Positions 8,082 through 16,867 of a DNA stretch of 64,000 nucleotides are shown here, one piece after another. This DNA comes from Nannocystis bainbridge (GTDB lineage Bacteria; Myxococcota_A; Polyangia; Nannocystales; Nannocystaceae), in NCBI RefSeq assembly GCF_028368995.1, contig NZ_JAQNDL010000002.1:737724-801723 (forward strand), in the 5' to 3' direction. The translations under genes and the position numbers were made by a program. A model generated the notes under the pieces. It saw only the letters and a program-made list of their open reading frames with translations, did no database searches and was not told where the DNA came from. Numbering within the stretch: position 1 is the stretch's first letter; every line of letters starts with the position of its first letter.

Positions 8082-8609
8082 CTACGGGATGTTCCCTTCC
8101 ATGGCGAGCTCGAACACCTCGACGTCGTCGGCGTCCTTGGCCATGAGGAAGGCGCGCAGCGGGCGTTCGCCGCGGTACACCTTGAGCTCGCTGTGGATCG
8201 CCCGCGCGGCCTCTTCGGCCGGGATCCCGAGCTCGAACGCCCCCATCAGCGGGACGGCGACGCTCGTGAAGCCCTTGACCTTGCAAGCGACCAGCACCGC
8301 CGCGGTGGCGCGCAGGACATCCTCGACCTGGACGCGACCGCCGGGGCGATCGGTGTTGGGCACGTGGATGAGGTACTTGGCCTTCATCCGGCCCGCCGGC
8401 GTGACGAACGCGGCGCCGATCGCCAGCGGGGTGTGCTCCTTCACCATGACCTCGATCTCGCGACCGGCGAGGTCGCGGATCTTGTTGGCCGGGAAGTGAC
8501 TCATCACGCCCTCGGAGTTGGTCGGACACACAAAGGCGTCGACCGCGATCTGCTCCCAGGGCAAGGTCGAGATCTGGATCTCGACGGACTCGTTGATGTC
8601 GGTGGCCAC
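8082..8609 (-). CDS. macro domain protein (ADP-ribose / O-acetyl-ADP-ribose binding or processing)
   Basis: 175 aa. VDAFVCPTNSEGVMSHF, LIHVPNTD and VAVPLMGAFELGIPAEEAARA are typical macro-domain segments. Confidence 0.8.
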   Translation of the reverse strand: MATDINESVEIQISTLPWEQIAVDAFVCPTNSEGVMSHFPANKIRDLAGREIEVMVKEHTPLAIGAAFVTPAGRMKAKYLIHVPNTDRPGGRVQVEDVLRATAAVLVACKVKGFTSVAVPLMGAFELGIPAEEAARAIHSELKVYRGERPLRAFLMAKDADDVEVFELAMEGNIP

Positions 8610-8622
8610 GCGCGGACCTTAC

Positions 8623-9114
8623 TCAAGCCTGCAGCATCGAGTCCAGCTCAGCGGCGATCGCGGACTCGGGCTCGTTGCGGACGGTCGAGAGCTCGCGGAT
8701 GACCAGGTTCCGGGCGGTCTGCAGCATCTGCCGCTCGCCGTGCGAGAGGTTCTTGGTGTGCTTGAGCAGGCTCAGGTCGCGGTAGACCTCGCCGACCTCG
8801 AACAGCGAACCGGTGCGGATCTTCTCCATGAAGCCGCGGTAGCGCCGGTTCCAGGTCTGGCGATCGCAGGGGACCTCGTGGTCGCGCAGCAGATCGTACA
8901 GCTCGTCGATCATCTCGCCGTCCGCCAGCGCCCGCATGCCGTTCTCTTCGGCCTTGGCGACCGGCACGATGATCTTCAGCCCGGAGCCGAAGACGCGCAG
9001 GTGATAGAACTGGAACGGGCGCGACTCGATGATTTTCGTCTCGAGGGCCATGACCTCGGCGACACCGTGAGTCGGGTAAACGGCCTTCTCACCAACGTTG
9101 AATCGGGGTTGCAT
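8623..9114 (-). CDS. cdnL: CarD/CdnL family transcriptional regulator (RNA-polymerase-binding)
   Basis: 164 aa from ATG 9114: MQPRFNVGEKAVYPTHGVAEVMALETKIIESRPFQFYHLRV... matches CarD_CdnL_TRCF. The size matches myxobacterial CdnL. The longer ORF-track N-terminus is Arg/Pro-rich read-through. Confidence 0.85.
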   Translation of the reverse strand: MQPRFNVGEKAVYPTHGVAEVMALETKIIESRPFQFYHLRVFGSGLKIIVPVAKAEENGMRALADGEMIDELYDLLRDHEVPCDRQTWNRRYRGFMEKIRTGSLFEVGEVYRDLSLLKHTKNLSHGERQMLQTARNLVIRELSTVRNEPESAIAAELDSMLQA

Positions 9115-9496
9115 CGGCAGTTCGTCTCCAGGCGTTTGCGCGCGCCCCTCTGCACCTCTTGTGCCGCCGACTGGTCGGCGCGCAGGGTGGGGGACAAAAT
9201 CCCCCATCTTCAGGGTAGTTCGGGACAGTGGGCCCGGTGCAGGCCAGCTCGGCGTCGATGCAGGTGCCTTTAAGCGGAAAAAAGGCCCAGGGGGCCGATT
9301 GGGGCAGTCCTGCGGGTGACGGCGCGGCGTGTGGATGGCGCGGCGGAAAGGGCGAAGAAGCAGCGACAAGCCAAGGGGGGTCGAAAACGCGGACGGCCGC
9401 CCGGACACCGGTCGGCCACTTGCCGGCATCGCTGGAGCCGGCGCGTCAGGTGGCTACTGCGGGTGGCAACGACTGTCGCCACCACGGACGAGCGGG

Positions 9497-9517
9497 TTTG
9501 CCCGCCTGTCGGGCAAA
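9497..9517. terminator. perfect hairpin TTTGCCCG-CCTGT-CGGGCAAA in the 460-bp intergenic region upstream of cdnL
   Basis: 8-bp stem and 5-nt loop. It lies 3' of the minus-strand lipoprotein gene (9577) and upstream of cdnL. There is no T-tract, so it could be a terminator or a regulatory structure. A second hairpin GTGGCAACG-ACTG-TCGCCAC is at ~9456-9480. Confidence 0.35.
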
Positions 9518-9576
9518 GTAGATAGCAGCGGGCCAAGGCGCGTCCAGTGAAAAGAACGGCGTGAACCTGGCATATC

Positions 9577-10299
9577 TCACTGCAGGGCCACGATCCGCCA
9601 TCCCTGAGGAGTCTGCTCGAGCGTCAGGGCCCTCCCGGGCTCGTAGCGCAGGATCGCACGCTCCATCCCGGGCGTGTACTCGATGGAGCCCGGTTGCTTC
9701 AGGAGTTGCTCCAGCAGGTCCGCACGCCGATTCCAGTCGTCCCGGAGGCGCGAAGAGAGATCGTCCGCGAGCAGCGCGGAAAGCGCGCCGAGATCGGCCC
9801 GCCGTACGGCCGCCAGAAAGGCCCGAATCGCGCTCGCTGGGGTCGAGAGGTCCGGCAGGCCCGGCAGCCCGGACACGACCTGGTACCGGCCGCCCACGAA
9901 CGCCCACGCGAGGGCGGCGCCGTCGTGGACGGTCTCGCCCCCGCGCAGCGGTGCCTCAAGCGCGGGCGGCAAGGTCTCGATGGCGGCCCTGGCGGCGGAG
10001 CGCTCACCAGCCTGCGCCTTCCAGCGCGCGGCGAACGCCGCTTTGGAGGTGGCAGCGCGAAGCTCGGGGCTGAGCAGAGCGTAGGCCGCTGCTGGATCGT
10101 CGGCGGCCAGGGCGCGGGCATAGGCCTCGCGCAAGGCCTCGGGGCTGCGCGCGCCGCCACCGCCGCGACAGGCGAGCAGCATCGCGGCGAGCAGCAGAGG
10201 CGCCGCGCGGCGAAGCGTCGAACGAAGCGCGCCGGAGGGCACGGCGCCGATCGCGACGGAGGAGCGACGGACGCTGGAGGCGTTGCGGGGCGAGGGCAC
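9577..10299 (-). CDS. hypothetical lipoprotein
   Basis: The signal RRAAPLLLAAMLLAC carries a lipobox, and the composition is Ala-rich but not Arg-biased. The start is uncertain (ATG 10299 or an internal GTG). Confidence 0.5.
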   Translation of the reverse strand: MPSPRNASSVRRSSVAIGAVPSGALRSTLRRAAPLLLAAMLLACRGGGGARSPEALREAYARALAADDPAAAYALLSPELRAATSKAAFAARWKAQAGERSAARAAIETLPPALEAPLRGGETVHDGAALAWAFVGGRYQVVSGLPGLPDLSTPASAIRAFLAAVRRADLGALSALLADDLSSRLRDDWNRRADLLEQLLKQPGSIEYTPGMERAILRYEPGRALTLEQTPQGWRIVALQ

Positions 10300-10336
10300 G
10301 GGCTGGGGAGCTTCCTGTCGGAAAGGCCAGGTCGGC

Positions 10337-11950
10337 TCAGGCCTTGGGCCCGCTGCGCTTGTCGAGGATGATGTCGTGGGCGAGGTCGTCGCGCATCGCG
10401 GGGTAGTCGATGGTGTAGTGGAGGCCGCGCGACTCCTTGCGCTGGCGGGCGCACTCGATGATGAGGCTGCCGACGAGGGAGATGTTGCGCAGCTCGAGCA
10501 CGTCGCGGGTGACGCGGAACTTCCAGTAGTACTCGAGGATCTCCTCGCGGATGAGGTCGAGCCGCCGGCGCCCGCGCTCGAGTCGCTTGTCCGAGCGCAC
10601 GATGCCGACGAAGTTCCACATGGCGGCGCGAACCTCCTCCCAGTTGGCCGAGACCATGACGGCCTCGTCGGAGTCGCGCGCGGCGCCCTCGTTCCACGGG
10701 CTGACGTGGTCCGGCGGGCCGCGACCGAAATCGTCGCAGGCCTGCGCCGCGCCGTCGGCCAGGACCACGGCTTCGAGCAAGCTGTTGGACGCGAGGCGGC
10801 AGGCGCCGTGGAGGCCGCTCATGGCGACCTCGCCGATCGCCATCAGGCCGGGGACGTCGGTGCGGCCGTGGCGATCGACGACGATGCCGCCGCACATGTA
10901 ATGGGCCGCGGGGACCACGGGGATGGGGTCCTTGCGCATGTCGATGCCGACCGACATGCAGCGAGCGTGGATCGCCGGGAAGCGGCTGACCACGTAGTCG
11001 GGATCGAGGTGCGTCATGTCGAGGAACACGCAGCGCTCACCCGACCGCTTGAGCTCGGCGTCGATCTCACGGGCGACGACGTCGCGCGGGGCGAGCGAAC
11101 CCATGGGGTGGCGCTCGGCCATGAGGTCACTGCTGTCGGCCCGCCGCAGGATGCCGCCCTCGCCGCGCAGCGCCTCGGAAATAAGGAAGGTGTTGGCGTC
11201 CGGGTGGTGCAGGCAGGTCGGGTGGAACTGCATGAACTCGAGGTTGGCGACCGGGGCGCCGATCCGGTACGCGATCGCTACCCCGTCGGCGGTGGCGACC
11301 GCGGGGTTGGTGGTGTAGCGGTAGACCCGGCCGGCGCCGCCGGTGGCGAGGACGGTGATCGGGGCGACAAAGGCCTCGACCCGATCGGCGGCGCTGTTGA
11401 GGGCATAGACGCCGAAGCACCCGCGGCTGCCGTCGACCTTGGTCCAGCTGAGGAGGTCGATGACGGTGTGGTGCTCGTGGATGGTGATGTTGGGGTGGGC
11501 GTGCGCGGCGGCCAGCAGGGCGCGCTCGATCTCGTGGCCGGTGGTGTCGCGGTGATGCACGACGCGCCGGCGCGAGTGCCCGCCCTCGCGCCCGAGCTCG
11601 AACGGGGCGTGCTCGTCGCCGCCGACGCGATCGAAGTGGACGCCGTAGCGCTCGGCGAGGCGGCGGACGAGGGCCGGGCCGCGCTGGACGGCGTAGGTGA
11701 CCATGTCGCGGTTGCAGAGGCCGGCGCCGACGGTCAGCGTGTCCTCGATGTGCTCCTCGAGCGAGTCGTCGCCGGAGAACACGGCCGAGATCCCGCCCTG
11801 GGCCCAGCGGGTGTTGCTCGACTCGGCGCGGTGCTTGGTGAGGATCACCACCGGACCGCGGTCAGCGACCTCGAGGGCGAAGTAGAGGCCCGCGAGCCCG
11901 CTGCCGAGCACGAGGTAGCGCGCGTGGTGGATCGGCGTGCCCGCAGTCAT
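10337..11950 (-). CDS. nadB: L-aspartate oxidase
   Basis: 537 aa. N-terminal FAD site YLVLGSGLAGLYFAL. Also RWAQGGISAV, HYMCGGIVVDRHGRT and the C-terminal RKESRGLHYTIDYP motif. Full-length similarity to NadB / fumarate-reductase flavoproteins. Confidence 0.9.
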   Translation of the reverse strand: MTAGTPIHHARYLVLGSGLAGLYFALEVADRGPVVILTKHRAESSNTRWAQGGISAVFSGDDSLEEHIEDTLTVGAGLCNRDMVTYAVQRGPALVRRLAERYGVHFDRVGGDEHAPFELGREGGHSRRRVVHHRDTTGHEIERALLAAAHAHPNITIHEHHTVIDLLSWTKVDGSRGCFGVYALNSAADRVEAFVAPITVLATGGAGRVYRYTTNPAVATADGVAIAYRIGAPVANLEFMQFHPTCLHHPDANTFLISEALRGEGGILRRADSSDLMAERHPMGSLAPRDVVAREIDAELKRSGERCVFLDMTHLDPDYVVSRFPAIHARCMSVGIDMRKDPIPVVPAAHYMCGGIVVDRHGRTDVPGLMAIGEVAMSGLHGACRLASNSLLEAVVLADGAAQACDDFGRGPPDHVSPWNEGAARDSDEAVMVSANWEEVRAAMWNFVGIVRSDKRLERGRRRLDLIREEILEYYWKFRVTRDVLELRNISLVGSLIIECARQRKESRGLHYTIDYPAMRDDLAHDIILDKRSGPKA

Positions 11951-12021
11951 GGTCGTGCCGCGAAAGTAGCAGAGCGGCGGGGCCGGTCGACAAGGGTCGG
12001 CGGCGGCGATAGGCTGGACCT

Positions 12022-12771
12022 GTGGGAGCGGATCGGCCCCTGTCGCCCCTGAGAGCCGGACTGGCGGTGCTGGCGGCGATCGTGATCGCGTCGGCCGCGA
12101 GCTCGGCGCGAGCGGCCGAGCCGACCTACCGCCGCTACACGGACGCGCAGGGGGTGGTCCACGTGACGCCGGTTCGCGCTGTCGGCGCGGGCAGCCGCCG
12201 CGAGGCCGAGGACATGCCCGGCAGCGGCGGCGAAGCGGGGGCGCCGAAGACGGCCGCGTCCGAGGCAGAGACGGGGGCGCCCCGCCGCGATCTGCAGGTC
12301 GAGGTCGCCGAGGCGCTGGCCGACGAGCGCTCGCGCCGGTGGGAGACGCACATCCGTGGGGCGGCGCGGCTGTATCAGCTGCCGGAGTCGCTGGTGCGCG
12401 CGGTGATTCACACCGAGAGCAACTACCACCCGGGCGCGGTCAGCAGCACCGGGGCGATGGGGCTGACGCAGCTGATGCCGTCGACGGCGCGGTTCCTCGG
12501 GGTCCAGCAGCCGTTCGACCCGCGGCAGAGCATCTACGGGGGGGCCAAGTTCCTGCGGCTGCTGGCCAATCGGTTCGGCGGCGACATGGTGCTGGTGGCG
12601 GCCGGGTATTTCTCGGGGGCCGGGGCGGTGCAGAAGTACGGCGGCGTACCGCCTCACGCGGGGGTGCGTGCGTACGTGAAGGCGGTCCTGCGCCGGTTTT
12701 ACGCGTACGAGCGGCTGCTGCAGGACGGGGCCGGCGGGGCGAGCCCCGCGCGGGCGATCGCCGGGCCGTGA
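12022..12771 (+). CDS. lytic transglycosylase domain protein (SLT family) with signal peptide
   Basis: Signal peptide LAVLAAIVIASAASSARA. The SLT catalytic region is LPESLVRAVIHTESNYHPGAVSSTGAMGLTQLMPSTA. Confidence 0.8.
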   Translation: MGADRPLSPLRAGLAVLAAIVIASAASSARAAEPTYRRYTDAQGVVHVTPVRAVGAGSRREAEDMPGSGGEAGAPKTAASEAETGAPRRDLQVEVAEALADERSRRWETHIRGAARLYQLPESLVRAVIHTESNYHPGAVSSTGAMGLTQLMPSTARFLGVQQPFDPRQSIYGGAKFLRLLANRFGGDMVLVAAGYFSGAGAVQKYGGVPPHAGVRAYVKAVLRRFYAYERLLQDGAGGASPARAIAGP

Positions 12772-12848
12772 GCCGCGGCGATTTCGCCGGGCCGCGCGTC
12801 TTGTCCTTGGACCTGGACCGCGCTTCGCGGTAGGCTCCCGCGGCTTTT

Positions 12849-13448
12849 GTGAAGAGGTATGAAGGCTTCCGCCGGGAGATCCTGAATCTCCCCAACATGA
12901 TCACCATCGGCCGGGTGTTCCTCATCCCGCCGGTGCTCATGCTGATCGACAAGACCGATCCGTGGCGCTGCGTGCTCGCGTCGCTGCTGTTCACCGTCGC
13001 GTCGCTGCTCGATCTCATCGACGGCTGGCTGGCGCGCCGAGCCGGCCTGGTGACGGTGTTCGGCAAGTTCGTCGACCCGCTCGCCGACAAGATCATGGTC
13101 TCGGCGGTGCTCATCTATCTGGTGATGGATGACCGCGCACCGGCGTGGCTGGTGGTGCTGCTGCTGACCCGCGAGTTCTACATCAACGGGCTGCGCTCGC
13201 TGGCCAGCTCGGAGAACATCATCATCGCGGCCAGCGCCGGCGGGAAGGCCAAGACGGCGTTCCAGCTGACGGGCATCTCGTTCCTGCTGATGCACTTCCG
13301 CTACCGCCTGCCAGGGGTCGAGGAGGCGCTCGACTTCCATCGCATCGGCCTGGTGCTGCTCGGGCTGTCGGTGTTCGTGTCGATCAAGAGCGCGGTCGAC
13401 TACACGTTCGGCTTCCGCGAGGCGCTGGCGCAGAAGAACGCCGAGTGA
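12849..13448 (+). CDS. pgsA: CDP-diacylglycerol--glycerol-3-phosphate 3-phosphatidyltransferase
   Basis: NLPNMITIGRVFLIPP, then DLIDGWLARR...GKFVDPLADK, the CDP-alcohol phosphatidyltransferase D-G-x2-A-R...G-x3-D-x3-D motif. 199 aa. GTG start; ATG 12897 is an alternative. Confidence 0.85.
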   Translation: MKRYEGFRREILNLPNMITIGRVFLIPPVLMLIDKTDPWRCVLASLLFTVASLLDLIDGWLARRAGLVTVFGKFVDPLADKIMVSAVLIYLVMDDRAPAWLVVLLLTREFYINGLRSLASSENIIIAASAGGKAKTAFQLTGISFLLMHFRYRLPGVEEALDFHRIGLVLLGLSVFVSIKSAVDYTFGFREALAQKNAE

Positions 13449-14710
13449 GCCGGGCTCGCCAGATCGCGGCCCTGGCCGCGTCGGAGCCGGGTGGGGCGCT
13501 GGTGTGGCTCGACGGCGGCGATGGGCGCGGGTTCGTGGCGCTCGAGCCCGACATCGAGATCGTGGCCGACGACCTCGAAGGGTTGGCGGCCGTCGAGGCG
13601 CTGTGGCGCGCCGAACCGGAGTTCCCGTGGTTCGGCTGGCTGACGTACGAGGTCGGCACGGCGGCGCTGCTCGGCCGGCCGCCGGTCGCGGCGACCCTCC
13701 CCGGGCTGGTGCTGCGGCGCTATCGAGCGGCGCTCGAGCTGGGGGAGCGTGAGCGGATCGTCGGGGATCCGCGTGCCGGGGCAGCGTTGATGGCGCGGCT
13801 GGAGCGGGGGTCCTGGCCTTCGGGACAGTCGTGGCCGCTCGGCCCGGTGGAGGCGCAGGTCGCCGCCGACGACTATCGGGCGCGGGTGCGTCAGGCGCAG
13901 GCGTTCATCGCCGCGGGGGAGACGTACCAGATCAACCTGACGCAGCCGTTCGTGGCGGAGTGGTTGCCGGAATGGGCCGGTCGGCCGCTGGCGGCCAGGG
14001 CGGCGGCCGTGTACGCGGCGCTACAGGCGGCGACGCCGGCGAGCATGGGGGCGCTGCTGGCGGTCGAGACCGGGCGGCCGTGTGGGCGCTGGGTGATCTC
14101 CAACTCGCCGGAGACGCTGCTGGCGATCGAACTGGGGGCGGGGGAGGACGGCGGCGACCTGGCGCGGTCGTGGCCGATCAAGGGGACGCGCCCACGAGGC
14201 TCCGATCCGGAGCGCGACCGGGCGGCCCAGGAAGCGTTGAAGCAGAGCACCAAAGATCTGGCCGAACACGTGATGATCGTTGACTTAGTTCGCAGCGATC
14301 TCGGCCGGCTTGCGCGCCCCGGTTCGGTCCGGGCGCCGGCCCGCCCGGAGCTGGTGACGCTGCCGACGGTGCACCACCTGGTGTCGGAGGTCCGCTGCAC
14401 GCTGCGGCCGGACTGGTCGCTCGCGGAGGTGATCGCCGCGGTGTTCCCCGGCGGGAGCGTGACCGGGGCGCCGAAGCGGCGGACGGTCGAGCATATCGAG
14501 CGGCTCGAGCAGCGGGTCCGTGGGATCTACTGCGGGGCGATCGTGGCGCTGACGCCCGACGGGCTGCGCTGCAGCATCCCGATCCGCACGGGGGTGGCCG
14601 ACGCGGCCGGGCTGTGGCTGCAGAGCGGCGGGGGGATCGTGATCGACTCCGACCCGGAGGCCGAACGCCGCGAGTGCTGGGCCAAGATGCGGGCGTTCGA
14701 GCGGGAGTGA
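13445..14710 (+). CDS. chorismate-binding enzyme, aminodeoxychorismate synthase component I (PabB)-like
   Basis: Its GTG start overlaps the pgsA stop (GTGA). C-terminal motifs PIKGTRPRG, EHVMIVDLVRSDLGR, VHHLVSEVRCTL and FPGGSVTGAPKRRTVEHIERLE...RGIYCGAIV. It is short at 421 aa, so the exact substrate is not assignable. Confidence 0.7.
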   Translation: MSRARQIAALAASEPGGALVWLDGGDGRGFVALEPDIEIVADDLEGLAAVEALWRAEPEFPWFGWLTYEVGTAALLGRPPVAATLPGLVLRRYRAALELGERERIVGDPRAGAALMARLERGSWPSGQSWPLGPVEAQVAADDYRARVRQAQAFIAAGETYQINLTQPFVAEWLPEWAGRPLAARAAAVYAALQAATPASMGALLAVETGRPCGRWVISNSPETLLAIELGAGEDGGDLARSWPIKGTRPRGSDPERDRAAQEALKQSTKDLAEHVMIVDLVRSDLGRLARPGSVRAPARPELVTLPTVHHLVSEVRCTLRPDWSLAEVIAAVFPGGSVTGAPKRRTVEHIERLEQRVRGIYCGAIVALTPDGLRCSIPIRTGVADAAGLWLQSGGGIVIDSDPEAERRECWAKMRAFERE

Positions 14711-14982
14711 GCCCCTACGCGGTGCTCGATGTGCCCTGACCTGCGAGAGGCTGGGCAGGCAGGCTGTTCGGGAGCAGGGGGGCGGGAGGGGCGTAGCCCA
14801 CGCTCCGGCGCCCCTGGGGCGTTTCGCAGGCTTGGGGGCTCGGTGGGGCTCCCCGACGTCAATCGTGGCAGGAGCCGCTCACAGCTCGTACAGGCGGGTC
14901 GGGTAGAGAGCACCACGCTCGCGGCGGCTCCGAGCTGAGTCCCTGGGGCCTCGAGGGCTGCTCGGGGGCTGCTGAGGCTTTC

Positions 14983-15006
14983 GCTGCCGGTCCAGCGACC
15001 GGCAGC
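14983..15006. terminator. perfect GC hairpin GCTGCCGGTC-CAGC-GACCGGCAGC in the 450-bp gap between convergent pabB-like and lspA genes
   Basis: 10-bp perfect stem and 4-nt loop. No flanking T-run, which is common in high-GC genomes. Confidence 0.4.
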
Positions 15007-15159
15007 CGCCAGTGCGAGGCTTCACCGCGGCAGAGCCCCACGCAGCTCGCAGGGGCCTTCAAGCCGCGGTTTGGGGCCCTGGGGCTGGCGCTGTCGAAGC
15101 CGGTGCGGCGCGGCTGATCGGTCGTGGGCAAAGGCCGGGAGGCGCCTTCGTGGCGATGC

Positions 15160-15750
15160 TCAGCCGGTGGACTCTGGCTTGGGAGAATTCTCGGATGTTT
15201 CAGGCGGTTGCGCATGAAACATCAAGTAAGGGATGAGCAGCGCCACGCCGACGACGAGGGCGACGTCGGCCACGTTGAAGTTGGGCCAACAGTAACCGCG
15301 GGGGCTCCACGGGGCGCAGACGCGGATGAAGTCGACCACGCCGTAGTGGAGGTCGCCGAGGTGGTCGGTGTCCTGGCGCAGCAGGCGGTCGTGCATGTTG
15401 CCGAGGGCGCCGCCGATGATGCTGCCGATGGCGAAGAAGCCGTAGAGGCGGTCGGTCGGCAGCTTGCGGACCAGGGCGGCCATGTAGACGACCGTCACCA
15501 AGGTGACGACGATGAACACGGGGCGCGAGAAGTCCTGGCCGCGCATGAAGCCGAAAGCGGAGCCCGTGTTGAAGCTGTAGGACCAGTGGAACCAGTTGCC
15601 GATCGCGGCGATCGCCTTGTTCGGCGGCCGGAGGTTGTTCCAGGCCCAGCTCTTGGTCACGAGGTCGAGGATCAGGAACACCGCGGCTGCCGACGCGGTG
15701 ACGAGGATCGCCCGGAGCCGGGCGGACTTCGAAGCTGGCGTGTCGCTCAT
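15160..15750 (-). CDS. lspA: lipoprotein signal peptidase (signal peptidase II), copy 1
   Basis: ATG 15750 (MSDTPASK). Four TM segments. The conserved NLRPPNKAIAAIGNWFHWSYSFNTGSAFG and WPNFNVADVALVVGVALL (FN-x-AD) segments match the LspA family. Confidence 0.8.
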   Translation of the reverse strand: MSDTPASKSARLRAILVTASAAAVFLILDLVTKSWAWNNLRPPNKAIAAIGNWFHWSYSFNTGSAFGFMRGQDFSRPVFIVVTLVTVVYMAALVRKLPTDRLYGFFAIGSIIGGALGNMHDRLLRQDTDHLGDLHYGVVDFIRVCAPWSPRGYCWPNFNVADVALVVGVALLIPYLMFHAQPPETSENSPKPESTG

Positions 15751-15957
15751 GTAGGGCCGAAAGCCCGGCCAGTGTACCCGAGGCAACCGGGCGAGCAAGC
15801 GCGGCCGCCGCTGGCGCCGGCGGTGTTTTACGGCGATCGGTGGGCTCGCGCGGACCCACGAAGATGAGCGCCGCAGCGCTGCCGGGGACGGCGGCGCGGC
15901 TGGGCGCTCATGCAGCGGCGGCTTCGAGGCGCGCCAGGACGATCGCTCGGGCCGCGC

Positions 15958-16494
15958 TCACGCGGCAGGGCGGGCGTCGGGGGGCGCATCGGTGCGCGGG
16001 AGCACGAGCAGGAACAGGAGCACGCCGGCGACGAGGACGGCGTCAGCGATGTTGAAGGCCGGCCAGGTCTTGCCGCCCCACAGGTAGACGACGATGAAGT
16101 CGACGACGCAGTAGTCGCCGGCGTAGACCCGCACGAGGCGGTCGTGGAGGTTGCCGAGGGCGCCGCCAGCGATGAGGCCGATGGCGACGAAGGCGGCGCG
16201 GCTGGTGGTCGGCAAGGTCCGCGCGAGGTGGACGAGGTAACCGACGGCGGCCAGGGTGACGACGATGAAGAAGTAGCGCGCCCAGTCGACGCTGTTGAGG
16301 AACCCGAAGGCCGAGCCGGGATTGCAGGCGAAATCGAAGTGCAGCAGCTTGTCGCTGACCTTCACTGCCGCCTGGTCACGCAGGTTGTTCCACACCCACG
16401 CCTTGCTCCAAAGGTCGAGACCGAGGCTGAGACCGGCGATGACCGCTGCGAGGGCGATCCGCGATCCGCGTGTGGGTTCGGGTGGGGCGGCCAT
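15958..16494 (-). CDS. lspA: lipoprotein signal peptidase (signal peptidase II), copy 2
   Basis: ATG 16494 (MAAPPEPTRG). WVWNNLRDQAAVKVSDKLLHFDFACNPGSAFG and WPAFNIADAVLVAGVLL. It is a clear paralog of the adjacent copy 1. Confidence 0.8.
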   Translation of the reverse strand: MAAPPEPTRGSRIALAAVIAGLSLGLDLWSKAWVWNNLRDQAAVKVSDKLLHFDFACNPGSAFGFLNSVDWARYFFIVVTLAAVGYLVHLARTLPTTSRAAFVAIGLIAGGALGNLHDRLVRVYAGDYCVVDFIVVYLWGGKTWPAFNIADAVLVAGVLLFLLVLPRTDAPPDARPAA

Positions 16495-16867
16495 GGCGGG
16501 CGCGGAGCATACCAGGCCCGCGCGCCCCGTGAAGCCGTTAGCGAGGCGCGGGCCGTGATGTCGACCTCGTCCCGGCACGACGGCCTGGAGCCGCCGGGCG
16601 GACCTCGCGGCCGCCGCGACCGAGGAATTCGAGAGGGGTCGCAGCCTGGTCGATCGCACCGAGGAGCGCGCCTCGATGGATGGATCGTGAGGACAGAGAC
16701 TTCGACCGGCCGATGCGGCGGCGACGTCGCTTCGCCGCGTCCTGGGGTCGAGGTCGGATCTCGGGGCCGCTACGGCCTCCAGGTTTAGGCCTCGATCGCT
16801 CGCCGTGACCGGAGTCGCCGGATCTTCAGGGCGGGTGATTCCGGCTCTGACGCTGCGGCGAACGATC

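Noticed and set aside
6025-8529. 834-aa ORF-track call as a single gene
   Set aside because: It is a composite. The C-terminal 432 aa form a lipobox plus multi-TM protein. The middle is a 27-bp tandem repeat. The N-terminal third overlaps, in another frame, a well-supported macro-domain gene (8082-8609).
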